From: Bacteroidales bacterium | GTDB lineage: Bacteria > Bacteroidota > Bacteroidia > Bacteroidales > M50B96 | Direction of reading: 5' to 3' | Length of the DNA: 64,000 bases | Assembly: GCA_021740905.1 (NCBI GenBank) | Contig: JAIOYV010000003.1 | Location: 1,737 to 65,736 of the forward strand | Shown: piece by piece, positions 9,981 through 19,078 of the stretch | Layout of the letters: every line of letters starts with the position of its first letter | Position numbering within the stretch: the stretch's first letter is position 1 | Position numbers and translations under genes: made by a program | The notes under the pieces: model-generated | What the model saw: the letters and a program-made list of their open reading frames with translations, nothing else | Told to the model about the DNA's origin: nothing | Database searches by the model: none

Positions 9981-10132
9981 TTTTCTGTGTCTTTAATTAA
10001 TAATGATAAATAATACTTTCTCAATTTTTTGAAATACAGTACATTCAAACAAAACTATAAATATTTAGTTCAAAATAAAAAGCCTTTGAGCTTGTTCTTT
10101 TTAAAGTCATACTCTTTGTCCAATAATTATAA

Positions 10133-10160
10133 ATTGAAAAGAGCCGGAAAAACCGGCTCT
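10133..10160 (-). terminator. Rho-independent terminator after the 828-aa T9SS cargo gene
   Basis: 8-bp stem agagccgg/ccggctct with loop aaaaa (10140..10160). On the minus strand it is followed by TTTT. Confidence 0.6.
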
Positions 10161-10179
10161 ATCTCAAAATGTAAGGGCA

Positions 10180-12666
10180 TTATTTTATTACTTTGAAATT
10201 TTTCGAGAGTTTGTTGTTGTTAGTTTGCAGGGTGTAAAGATAGTTTCCCGCAGGGTAGGGACTGGTATTTAGATTGTATTTGTGTACTCCGGCATCAAAG
10301 TGGCCGGAAGCAATCTCTTCTATAAACTCGCCAAGAGCATTGAAAACTCGTAAGCTTATATCTGTTTCACCAGCAAGGAGAAATGAGATTTCGGTTCCCG
10401 ACTTGCAGGGATTGGGTGTATTTTGAAATAATTCTGTACTCATTGTTTGGGCCAATTGTCCCGCCACGGCAAGTCCGTCGTTTTTATAGTACTGATTGCC
10501 CTCGAACCAGGAACGTACCTGATAATTAGTTTCCTTTGCTTTTGCATGGTCAAATAGCCTGATCTCATATTCTTCGTTAGGCAGCATGCCTTCCTTTTGA
10601 TAAAATGTATAGGGGTCGTCGCCCCAAATAGCAATGGCCATATTGCCACCATTATATACAGCCGATCCAACCAGTTTTCCACCGGTCGTAAAAATACCGA
10701 TCTCGTCGCCAACAGAAGGAAGCGAGGGCCATGCAGATTCAGGGATCGCAAGAGTCATATTGCAACCTGTCGGGGTTATTTTTTCGTACTCAACAGGAGC
10801 ATATTCCGAATGGAAACCGAGTGATTTTTGACTTGGCGAGTTGGCTGGATACGTAATTATAATAGGACTGTTTGTATTTATCTGATACCCTTTGCCGGGT
10901 ATCATATTACCAATCCCGTTTACTCCCCAATAGGGCCAGTACACAGCGCCTTGGGAATCTTTTACAATAATTATGTTGGCGACAACCGGGCTTAACATGG
11001 TTATAATGCTTGCGGGCGATTGCCTCAAGTACCCAATAATACTCCAGCCCAGTGGTACGCTCACAGGAGTAAGTTCGGGGATAATAGCAATTCCTGTTAC
11101 ATCGAGGGTTGATGCGTTTGCCATATTGACTTGATAGCCTTCGCCAATGACCATATCGTTTATCATATCGACAAATGGGGGCCAATAAACCAGGCCTGCA
11201 CCGTTTTTTATTATTATGATATTGTTAAAAACAGGTAAAAAAACAGCTTCTATATCAGGATCGGACGGGATTACGTAGGTCGAAAAAATTCCCCATCCCT
11301 GATTAAGAGTCAAGGTTTGTGTTTCTTGGCTGTAAGCAACCAATGCAGAAATCCCACTTAATCCATTGGTAACATAGTATGCTGTATTTGAAAATCCGGT
11401 GGTCTCGTATGTTGCGGTAGCAAAATATTCCAGGCCATTAGATGCGTCCCAAACCATAAAAGTGAATTCTTCGCCTGATGCAAAACCATCTTTGTCACTG
11501 GTGCCGGAATCGTCGCCCCAGGCTGCAAGAAAACTGGTTAGCCCAGTGTAAACCATAAAGCCTCCACATTCATAAGTGCCGTTGTCGTCGTAAAAAACGC
11601 CTAAGTAATCGCCCACTTCAATAGGGGTGCCATTTATGGTGATGGCTGCAAAATTAGGGATAAGGATAGAATGGTTGATCCCGGTATTTGTAAATACCCA
11701 GCCGGGTGAGGAAGTTGGTGGTAAAACTTCAAAACCACTCCACTTAGAAACAATCCCATCCGTGGGGTTTTCAACCTTTACATCGTACATGCCGGTTGGC
11801 GCATTAAAAGGGACACTCAGATTGATGCTTAACTGGCTGGGACTTTGAACGGTAACATTTGTTCCGGTCATGATGGTTTGGCTAGCTTGCTCGAACCATA
11901 CCGTTTCGCTGCCCTGTGTAAAATGGGTATATTGTCCGCTAATGGCGACACTCAGCGATTCGCCTTGTTCTGCATTGTCGGGGTTTACAAGAATAATTTC
12001 GGGAGCATTGGAAGATGTCCCGTTAATCTCCACATCGTCTACCATCCAGGCATATTCCCACGAACCAACATAGTGAAAACGTATCCAAACAGCCGGTTCG
12101 TTATCGGCCAAGGCTGAGATATCGACAAGAACCGTGTTGCTTACAGTTGACAAATAGGGAACAGAAGCATTTACTTCTATGTCGGTCCAGGTTGTGCCAT
12201 TGGTACTTACTCCTATATAGCAATGTTCTGATTGATACCTGCGATACAATTGCTGAAAACTCAATTCGAGGTTACTGCCCAAAGAGAGGTTGATTGCGGA
12301 AGAAGTATAAATGCTTGCATCCTGACTACCTCCGGATGAACCTATATAATCGGAATCGTAAAGAGCAAATCCATTGGCAGCCGTAGTGGACGGAATTATA
12401 CCCATCGGAAATGAATAGGTGCCAGCCGGGCCAGTGGTTGTGATTACCCAGTTCTGCGCATTTCCCAGAGAGTTGCTTATGGTCCAATCGGCACCGACCG
12501 AAAAATCATTGCTCCAAAAAAGACTAGTGACAGCCTTGGTCGATTTTTGACTGGAAAAAACAATTTCATTATTAAAAATATAACTTGAGGGCACAGTAGA
12601 TTTAATCTGGGCTACCCCGACACTTAAAATAAATAAGAAAAGTAGAAACGAATAGATTTTTTTCAT
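10180..12666 (-). CDS. Large secreted T9SS cargo protein; N-terminal jelly-roll (MAM/choice-of-anchor-like, tentative) plus an unnamed duplicated module; paralog of 59387..61018
   Basis: 828 aa with a signal peptide. The C-terminus FQNTPNPCKSGTEISF…GNYLYTLQT…NFKVIK is a T9SS CTD. The internal part is colinear with the 570-aa protein at 59387..61018. Confidence 0.8.
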   Translation of the reverse strand: MKKIYSFLLFLFILSVGVAQIKSTVPSSYIFNNEIVFSSQKSTKAVTSLFWSNDFSVGADWTISNSLGNAQNWVITTTGPAGTYSFPMGIIPSTTAANGFALYDSDYIGSSGGSQDASIYTSSAINLSLGSNLELSFQQLYRRYQSEHCYIGVSTNGTTWTDIEVNASVPYLSTVSNTVLVDISALADNEPAVWIRFHYVGSWEYAWMVDDVEINGTSSNAPEIILVNPDNAEQGESLSVAISGQYTHFTQGSETVWFEQASQTIMTGTNVTVQSPSQLSINLSVPFNAPTGMYDVKVENPTDGIVSKWSGFEVLPPTSSPGWVFTNTGINHSILIPNFAAITINGTPIEVGDYLGVFYDDNGTYECGGFMVYTGLTSFLAAWGDDSGTSDKDGFASGEEFTFMVWDASNGLEYFATATYETTGFSNTAYYVTNGLSGISALVAYSQETQTLTLNQGWGIFSTYVIPSDPDIEAVFLPVFNNIIIIKNGAGLVYWPPFVDMINDMVIGEGYQVNMANASTLDVTGIAIIPELTPVSVPLGWSIIGYLRQSPASIITMLSPVVANIIIVKDSQGAVYWPYWGVNGIGNMIPGKGYQINTNSPIIITYPANSPSQKSLGFHSEYAPVEYEKITPTGCNMTLAIPESAWPSLPSVGDEIGIFTTGGKLVGSAVYNGGNMAIAIWGDDPYTFYQKEGMLPNEEYEIRLFDHAKAKETNYQVRSWFEGNQYYKNDGLAVAGQLAQTMSTELFQNTPNPCKSGTEISFLLAGETDISLRVFNALGEFIEEIASGHFDAGVHKYNLNTSPYPAGNYLYTLQTNNNKLSKNFKVIK

Positions 12667-12788
12667 GACAGCTCCTTTGAAATGTTATATAACTTACAAA
12701 AATAAGCAAAGCAATCGAAACTGAAAAGGAATTATTCTTTTCAAATGAAATTAATATTTTTACGACTGACTGCTGACTGAAGACTGAG

Positions 12789-13574
12789 TTAATCTTCCTC
12801 GTAATGAAAATCATGCTTCAATCCGGAGAATTCGATCAAATCGCATTTTAGAGAGCCTACTAACAAATTGAATCGGACCCGAACTGGCAACCTGTTTTGG
12901 TCGTCCGAAAACCAGATTTCCATATCATCTTCTGTCTTGAACACCCGTCCAACTTCTGTTACAGGCATAAATTTAATACAATCGACTGTTCCCAGTTTTG
13001 TAGATATAGTTTCCTTCCCTTTATATCGGAGGACCAGAGGAAATACTTCATCGCCAAAATAGGAGGTAATCCGTATTATGGTGTCGGGCACCAATTTCAT
13101 GTCATTCAGCATGTTTCTTAAACAGTAGAAAGAGGAAAGGATGTCGAAACAATTTTGCGGTACTGTCACCTTGCCCGACTTCTGGCTTACAACATAATTT
13201 TCTTCCTGATTATAAACCACCTCGTTGTAGTACCGGTATTTGCCTTCGCGGATATTACGGATGGCTTTTTCGGGCAACCCATTTTTCTTGTTGAAATAAC
13301 TTTCGTAAACATCGCTTACATGATAAAGCCTGTCGGTAAAACCAATCGATTTCGCGTGCATCTTAACATGGTAAACATCCTTTCCTTGAATAACCTCATT
13401 GTTGAGGACAAGGGATGCGTGACCGCCGTCGAACCAACCATAATACATTAGGTATTTGAGGTTTTCTCCAGCTTTATAGGTTGAATTTGTTGAAGCATTA
13501 GTATTCTGTCCAACCGTTTTCAGCATGCCACTTAGTAGGAAAACCGAAAATATAATCATGCAAATTTGTTTCAT
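12789..13574 (-). CDS. DUF3108-like secreted protein
   Basis: 261 aa with a signal peptide. The pattern GENLKYLMYYGWFDGGHASL…VYHVKMHAKS… recalls the DUF3108 family. Confidence 0.6.
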   Translation of the reverse strand: MKQICMIIFSVFLLSGMLKTVGQNTNASTNSTYKAGENLKYLMYYGWFDGGHASLVLNNEVIQGKDVYHVKMHAKSIGFTDRLYHVSDVYESYFNKKNGLPEKAIRNIREGKYRYYNEVVYNQEENYVVSQKSGKVTVPQNCFDILSSFYCLRNMLNDMKLVPDTIIRITSYFGDEVFPLVLRYKGKETISTKLGTVDCIKFMPVTEVGRVFKTEDDMEIWFSDDQNRLPVRVRFNLLVGSLKCDLIEFSGLKHDFHYEED

Positions 13575-13786
13575 TTTGAGTTTTATTTTGTTTCATTTTA
13601 ACCATTACAAAGGCCAAGCCAAGTATAGTTATTATTGCCCATTTTACAAAACTGCACGGTTTTAAAGCGGACAGCAGTTGAATGTAAACGAAGCCAGTTT
13701 TGTTGAACAATGAAACTGATCACTTGTTTCTAATTTGTTGGAACGATATTTGAGAAGCAGCATCCGACAAAAACAGGAGGAATAAC

Positions 13787-14536
13787 ATGAAAAAGATCAT
13801 TACCCTTTTTGCAATTTTAATCATAAGCCTTACTACGAGCCAGGCTCAGCTAGTAGTGCCAGATTTCACACTTACTGATATAAACGGAAATAGCTATAAT
13901 TTATATACCGAATTGGCGAATGGAAAAACTATCGTATTGGATTTTTTTGCCCTCCAGTGCGGAAGTTGCCAAACAGGGATAGCCTTTGCAGAGAATGTAT
14001 GGCAAACCTACGGGAACAATGGAAGCGACTTGTGGGTTTGGGCTATTGAAACAACATTGAGCAATCCTATCGACATACAAGACTTTGTGCAGGTAAACGG
14101 GGGGACATTCCCTGGTTTTTCTATTGCCGAAAACGACACCTTGTACAGTTTTTTCAATATTACATACACCCCACAATATTTTGTGATTTGCCCCAATGGC
14201 TACATAAAATCATGTGCCGTTGAACAAATTGTCAATTATGTCGAGTCGTGCCCCCAATTAAATAGTATTTCGGATAGTGGCTATAAGCAATCTGCAATAA
14301 ATTCAATATCGACACAAAATAGTTTAAAAATTAACTTCTCCAATTTTTCGACCAACCCCTTAGCATTTGAGTTATTCGATATTCTAGGAAATAAAATTTC
14401 GCAAACATCCGATTTTTATCCACAGGGCAACCATAGCATTACGATGAACAAATCAGGTTTGTCAAGGGGCTACTATTTTGTCAGGATGTCCGAGGCAGGT
14501 AAATATGTGAGTACAAAAAAGTTTGTAATCCAATAA
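13787..14536 (+). CDS. TlpA/redoxin-like thioredoxin-fold protein fused to a T9SS C-terminal sorting domain
   Basis: 249 aa with a signal peptide (…TSQAQ). CxxC motif in a thioredoxin context (VLDFFALQCGSCQ). The C-terminus …FELFDILGNKIS…GYYFVRM…KKFVIQ is a T9SS CTD. Confidence 0.7.
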   Translation: MKKIITLFAILIISLTTSQAQLVVPDFTLTDINGNSYNLYTELANGKTIVLDFFALQCGSCQTGIAFAENVWQTYGNNGSDLWVWAIETTLSNPIDIQDFVQVNGGTFPGFSIAENDTLYSFFNITYTPQYFVICPNGYIKSCAVEQIVNYVESCPQLNSISDSGYKQSAINSISTQNSLKINFSNFSTNPLAFELFDILGNKISQTSDFYPQGNHSITMNKSGLSRGYYFVRMSEAGKYVSTKKFVIQ

Positions 14537-14569
14537 ATATTTTGTGTTTTCTTGAATTAAAAAAAAGAA

Positions 14570-14577
14570 TATATTTG
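14570..14577 (+). promoter_or_regulatory. Bacteroidota-type -7 box (TAnnTTTG) for tRNA-Leu
   Basis: tatatttg lies 16 nt upstream of the tRNA 5' end. Confidence 0.4.
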
Positions 14578-14592
14578 CACACCCAAAAAATC

Positions 14593-14674
14593 GCGGATGT
14601 GGCGTAATTGGTAGCCGCGCTAGACTTAGGATCTAGTGTCGAGAGACGTGGGGGTTCGAGTCCCTTCATCCGCA
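14593..14674 (+). tRNA. tRNA-Leu (anticodon TAG)
   Basis: 82 nt, folded by hand. Acceptor gcggatg/catccgc; anticodon stem ctaga/tctag with loop cTTAGga; 13-nt variable arm (class II); T-loop ttcgagt; discriminator A. CCA is not encoded. Confidence 0.85.
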
Positions 14675-14687
14675 CAAAAAAGTGTTG

Positions 14688-14734
14688 AACCGCTTCAAGT
14701 TCTGGTGCTTCGTTCCGGAGTTGAGCGGTTTTTT
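14688..14734 (+). terminator. Hairpin plus T-run downstream of tRNA-Leu
   Basis: aaccgcttcaa … ttgagcggtt (one bulge) followed by tttt. Confidence 0.45.
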
Positions 14735-14767
14735 AATGAAAGCTTTAAACAGGAAAACGATTAAAAA

Positions 14768-16210
14768 ATGGAACTTACCACTGAAAACATTGGCCACTTA
14801 GAATCTATTATCAAGATTCAAATCACAGCAGCAGACTACCTCGAAAATGTAAACAATTCCTTGAAAGACTACAGGAAGAAAGTTGATCTTAAGGGATTCC
14901 GCAAGGGAATGGTACCCATGGGCGTTGTTAAAAAGATGGTTGGGAAAGCAATACTTGGCGAAGAGATAAATAAATTGGTCTCGAAAGGATTGACCGATTT
15001 TTTGCAAAAGGGAGAACTAAATATTTTAGGGGAACCCCTTCCCAGTTTGAAGGAACAAACCCCCATTGACTGGGATACACAATCCGATTTTGAATTTGTT
15101 TTCGACGTGGGCCTTGCACCCGAATTTGAAGTGAAATTATCGTTTGATGAAGACCATGTCCCCTATTATGTTATTCAAGTTACCAATGAAATGATCGACG
15201 ATCAAGTCGAAAAGTTCAAGCAGCAGTTTGGTGAGATGAACAATCAAGATGTGGTTGAAAAGGAATCCGGTATTATTGGAGATTTGGTTGAACTTGACGA
15301 TGAAGGTAATGTAAAAGAGGGTGGGATTGAAGCCAAAGATGCCAAGTTGTTGGTCCGCTTAGTAAAAGATGAAGAAATCCAAAATTCACTAATTGGTGCT
15401 AATCAACAACAGATTATTTCTTTTAATTTGCGCAATGCATTCCCGAACGATACTGAAATTTCTTCAATGCTTGGAATTGACAAAGAGGCGGCAGCAGATC
15501 TTAACTCCGATTTTCAACTTACCATTAAAGAAATATCCAAATACGTTCATGGTGAAGTCGATCAAAAGCTTTTCGACCAAGTTTATGGTGAGGGAACTGT
15601 AAATTCGGAAGAAGAATTTCGTGCGAAAATCAAAGAGAATATTGCCAATTCCCTGGTCAAGGAAAGCGACTTCAAATTCCAGATCGATATGAAGGAATAT
15701 TTGATGAATAAATTCCAGTTCGATTTGCCTGCCGAATTTCTTAAGCGTTGGCTTTTAGAAGTAAATGAAGACCTGAAGAGGGATGAATTAGAAAAAGATT
15801 GGCCACTGTTTGAGAAAGATTTCAAATGGCAAATGATATCCTCGAAAATAAGTGATGAGAAAGAGATCAAAGTATCGGAAGAAGATTTGAAAGAAGAAGC
15901 CAAACGGGTTGCCCGAAATCAATTTATGCAATATGGCATGGGCAATTTGCCTGACGAGAATCTTGAAGAATTCGCAAAATATATCCTTGACAAGGAAGAG
16001 GATCGTAAGAAAATGGCCACTCAGATATTTGAAACCAAAATTTTTGGGGAACTTAAAAATATGGTCCAACTCGACAAACAGGATATTAGCGACAAGGACT
16101 TTATGAAAATGTTTGAGCAGAAGCCTGAGATAGATGCAGGAACACTCCAGTTGGATGAAGAAGCCTTAGCCATTGAATCTTCGGATGAAATTGAAAAGGA
16201 AGAAAATTAA
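14768..16210 (+). CDS. tig: Trigger factor (ribosome-associated chaperone/PPIase)
   Basis: 480 aa. N-terminal ribosome-binding motif GFRKGMVP, and a position immediately upstream of clpP-clpX. Confidence 0.9.
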   Translation: MELTTENIGHLESIIKIQITAADYLENVNNSLKDYRKKVDLKGFRKGMVPMGVVKKMVGKAILGEEINKLVSKGLTDFLQKGELNILGEPLPSLKEQTPIDWDTQSDFEFVFDVGLAPEFEVKLSFDEDHVPYYVIQVTNEMIDDQVEKFKQQFGEMNNQDVVEKESGIIGDLVELDDEGNVKEGGIEAKDAKLLVRLVKDEEIQNSLIGANQQQIISFNLRNAFPNDTEISSMLGIDKEAAADLNSDFQLTIKEISKYVHGEVDQKLFDQVYGEGTVNSEEEFRAKIKENIANSLVKESDFKFQIDMKEYLMNKFQFDLPAEFLKRWLLEVNEDLKRDELEKDWPLFEKDFKWQMISSKISDEKEIKVSEEDLKEEAKRVARNQFMQYGMGNLPDENLEEFAKYILDKEEDRKKMATQIFETKIFGELKNMVQLDKQDISDKDFMKMFEQKPEIDAGTLQLDEEALAIESSDEIEKEEN

Positions 16211-16253
16211 ACATGCTTTCTTACCCTAATTTGAGGAACTATTCAAATTTTAT

Positions 16254-16261
16254 TAATTTTG
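16254..16261 (+). promoter_or_regulatory. TAnnTTTG -7 box upstream of clpP
   Basis: taattttg lies 26 nt upstream of the clpP ATG. Confidence 0.4.
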
Positions 16262-16286
16262 TGCAAAACACATTAATTATCAAGCA

Positions 16287-16970
16287 ATGAACAATCAGGA
16301 AGAATTTAGGAAATATGCAACGGGCCACCTGGGCTTGAGCAGTACGACCTACGACAAATATACCAGCTATTTCAACAGCTACATTACACCTAATATTATT
16401 GAAGAACGCCAATTGAACGTGGTGGCCATGGACGTTTTTTCGCGTTTGATGATGGACCGGATTATTTTCCTCGGCTTGCCCATTGATGATTATGTGGCCA
16501 ATGTGATCCAGGCCCAATTGCTTTTTCTCGATTCAAGCGATCCCTCAAAAGATATTCAAATTTACTTTAACACCCCAGGAGGGTCCGTTCATGCCGGTCT
16601 TGGTATTTATGACACCATGCAATACATTAGTTCCGATGTAGCCACAATTTGTACGGGCATGGCAGCTTCGATGGGTGCTATACTATTGGCCGCCGGCAGC
16701 AAAGATAAGCGTACGGCCCTTAAGCACTCTCGTATTATGATTCACCAACCCATGGGTGGTGCACAAGGTCAGGCTTCGGATATTGAAATTACGGCCCGCG
16801 AAATCCAGAAATTAAAGAAGGAATTGTACGAAATACTGGCCGATCATTCGGGTAATCCATACAAAAAGATTGTTAAGGATGCCGATCGGGATTATTGGAT
16901 GACATCCGAAGAGGCTAAAGAATACGGAATGATCGACAAAGTTCTCGACCGAAATCATAACAAAAAATAA
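16287..16970 (+). CDS. clpP: ATP-dependent Clp protease proteolytic subunit
   Basis: 227 aa. Catalytic-Ser context ([12 protein letters not shown]), catalytic-His context (IMIHQP), and [14 protein letters not shown]. Confidence 0.95.
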   Translation: MNNQEEFRKYATGHLGLSSTTYDKYTSYFNSYITPNIIEERQLNVVAMDVFSRLMMDRIIFLGLPIDDYVANVIQAQLLFLDSSDPSKDIQIYFNTPGGSVHAGLGIYDTMQYISSDVATICTGMAASMGAILLAAGSKDKRTALKHSRIMIHQPMGGAQGQASDIEITAREIQKLKKELYEILADHSGNPYKKIVKDADRDYWMTSEEAKEYGMIDKVLDRNHNKK

Positions 16971-17017
16971 ACTACCTTCGTAGGCAGGCAAATTAACTAT
17001 TTACAAATTTAGCTATT

Positions 17018-18235
17018 ATGGATAAATGCTCATTTTGCGGACGCGATAAAAAAGACACCAACTTGCTTATAGCTGGCATAAATGGTCATATTTGTGATAG
17101 TTGTGTAGAGCAGGCCATCCAGATTGTTGAAGAGGAGCTGAAAAAGAAGAGCGATTTTGATGTCAAACATATCAAGCTGCAAAAACCAATCGAAATAAAA
17201 GCTTTCCTCGATCAGTATGTGATTGGTCAGGAGGAAGCTAAAAAATTCCTGTCAGTAGCTGTTTACAATCATTACAAGCGACTTCTTCAAAAGGTGGAGA
17301 CCGATGATGTAGAAATTGAAAAATCCAACATCATCATGGTTGGCGAAACGGGGACTGGAAAAACCTTACTGGCCAGGACCATTGCCAAAATGCTGCATGT
17401 GCCTTTTACCATTGTTGATGCAACCGTACTTACCGAAGCCGGTTATGTTGGCGAAGATATCGAAAGTCTTTTGACTCGACTTTTACAGGCTGCCGATTAC
17501 GATGTAAAAGCGGCCGAAAAGGGCATCGTTTTTATTGATGAGATCGACAAAATAGCCCGCAAAGGCGACAACCCATCCATTACCCGCGATGTGTCAGGCG
17601 AGGGTGTGCAACAGGGATTGTTGAAATTACTTGAAGGCGCTATTGTAAATGTACCACCTCAGGGTGGGCGAAAGCACCCCGACCAAAAAATGATCCCTGT
17701 AAACACAAAAAACATCCTGTTTATTTGTGGAGGGGCTTTTGATGGCATCGACAAAAAAATTGGACATCGGTTAAATACACAGGTAGTTGGCTATTCGATC
17801 GATAGGGAGGCCAATAAAATTGACAGGGACAACCTGTTGCAATATATTGCCCCACAAGATTTAAAAGCCTTTGGCCTGATACCTGAAATTATTGGCCGCT
17901 TGCCAGTGCTCACTTATCTGAAACCCTTAGACAGAATAGCACTACGGGCTATATTGACAGAACCCAAGAATTCCATTATAAAGCAATATGTCAAGCTATT
18001 TAAAATTGATAAGATTGATTTGACGTTCGAGGAAGAAACTTTCGAATATATTGTCGACAAGGCTATCGAGTTTAAGCTGGGTGCACGAGGTTTGCGCTCC
18101 TTATGCGAAGCCATTATGATGGATGCCATGTTCGAACTGCCTTCCAATAAAGTTAACGAAATTACCATTACCCGTCCCTACGCCAAAGACAAGATTGAAA
18201 AGTCGAATGTCCAGAAATTGAAGGTGGCTTCCTAG
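17018..18235 (+). CDS. clpX: ATP-dependent Clp protease ATP-binding subunit ClpX
   Basis: 405 aa. N-terminal zinc finger CSFCGR…CDSC, Walker A GETGTGKT, and Walker B VFIDEIDK. Confidence 0.95.
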   Translation: MDKCSFCGRDKKDTNLLIAGINGHICDSCVEQAIQIVEEELKKKSDFDVKHIKLQKPIEIKAFLDQYVIGQEEAKKFLSVAVYNHYKRLLQKVETDDVEIEKSNIIMVGETGTGKTLLARTIAKMLHVPFTIVDATVLTEAGYVGEDIESLLTRLLQAADYDVKAAEKGIVFIDEIDKIARKGDNPSITRDVSGEGVQQGLLKLLEGAIVNVPPQGGRKHPDQKMIPVNTKNILFICGGAFDGIDKKIGHRLNTQVVGYSIDREANKIDRDNLLQYIAPQDLKAFGLIPEIIGRLPVLTYLKPLDRIALRAILTEPKNSIIKQYVKLFKIDKIDLTFEEETFEYIVDKAIEFKLGARGLRSLCEAIMMDAMFELPSNKVNEITITRPYAKDKIEKSNVQKLKVAS

Positions 18236-18241
18236 GCAACA

Positions 18242-18931
18242 TCAAATAATAAGCTTAAACCCTTTGCCGTGCACATTGATTATTTCGATCGTTGGTTCGC
18301 TGCTTAGGAGTTTTCTTAGTTTGGTGATATACACATCCATGCTGCGGGCATTGAAATAGGTGTCGTCGCGCCATATTTTTTGTAGGGCATAGTTTCTTTC
18401 CAGCACCTCGTTCCGGTTTTCGCATAGCAGTTTTAACAGTTCCGATTCTTTGGTGGTAAGCTTGGTTACTGCATCGTTGTGCATGAGTGTACGTTTATTG
18501 GGATCGAACAGGAATTTTCCGAGGTGAAAAATTTCGGGTTGGTTTTCCTTATGTTTGTTTGACCGCCTGATTAGGGCATCGATCCTGAAAAGCAATTCTT
18601 CCATGCTGAACGGTTTTTTCATGTAATCGTCGCCACCAGCCCGGAAACCTTCAATAACATCTTCCTGCATCGACTTGGCCGATAGGAAAATGATTGGTAT
18701 TTCACTGTTGATAGACCGGATATCCTTTGCCAGCGAAAGACCATCTTTGTAAGGCATCATTATATCGAGAATACAAACATCATAGTTTTGATTCATAAAT
18801 GCTTTGTATCCCTTTTCACCATCCTTGGCCCAATCGGCATTGTAGTTTTTTGCTTTTAAATATTCCTGAAGTAGAGACCCCAGGTTTTCATCATCCTCAA
18901 CCAATAAAATCTTTGTCATAACTGCTTTCAT
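18242..18931 (-). CDS. OmpR/PhoB-type response regulator
   Basis: 229 aa. Receiver domain (ILLVEDD…ILDIMMP…K) plus a winged-helix C-terminus (…MDVYITKLRKLL…GKGFKL). The true start may be M5 (18919). Confidence 0.9.
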   Translation of the reverse strand: MKAVMTKILLVEDDENLGSLLQEYLKAKNYNADWAKDGEKGYKAFMNQNYDVCILDIMMPYKDGLSLAKDIRSINSEIPIIFLSAKSMQEDVIEGFRAGGDDYMKKPFSMEELLFRIDALIRRSNKHKENQPEIFHLGKFLFDPNKRTLMHNDAVTKLTTKESELLKLLCENRNEVLERNYALQKIWRDDTYFNARSMDVYITKLRKLLSSEPTIEIINVHGKGFKLII

Positions 18932-19078
18932 CTTTTCGTTTGGTGAATGGCAAAAATATCAATTTTAAAGTACTAGGTTTACAATTAAACCCAAATTATT
19001 TTAAAGAACTACTTTTTTGTTTGTGTAATACCAAACATCTTCCTAATATCACGACTCTACTGTTATTCTCAGAATTTG

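Noticed and set aside
18932-19078. 147-nt gap between the histidine kinase and response regulator genes (hidden small gene or RNA?)
   Set aside because: I saw no ORF with a plausible start and no notable hairpin or repeat. It is probably just an internal promoter or spacer.
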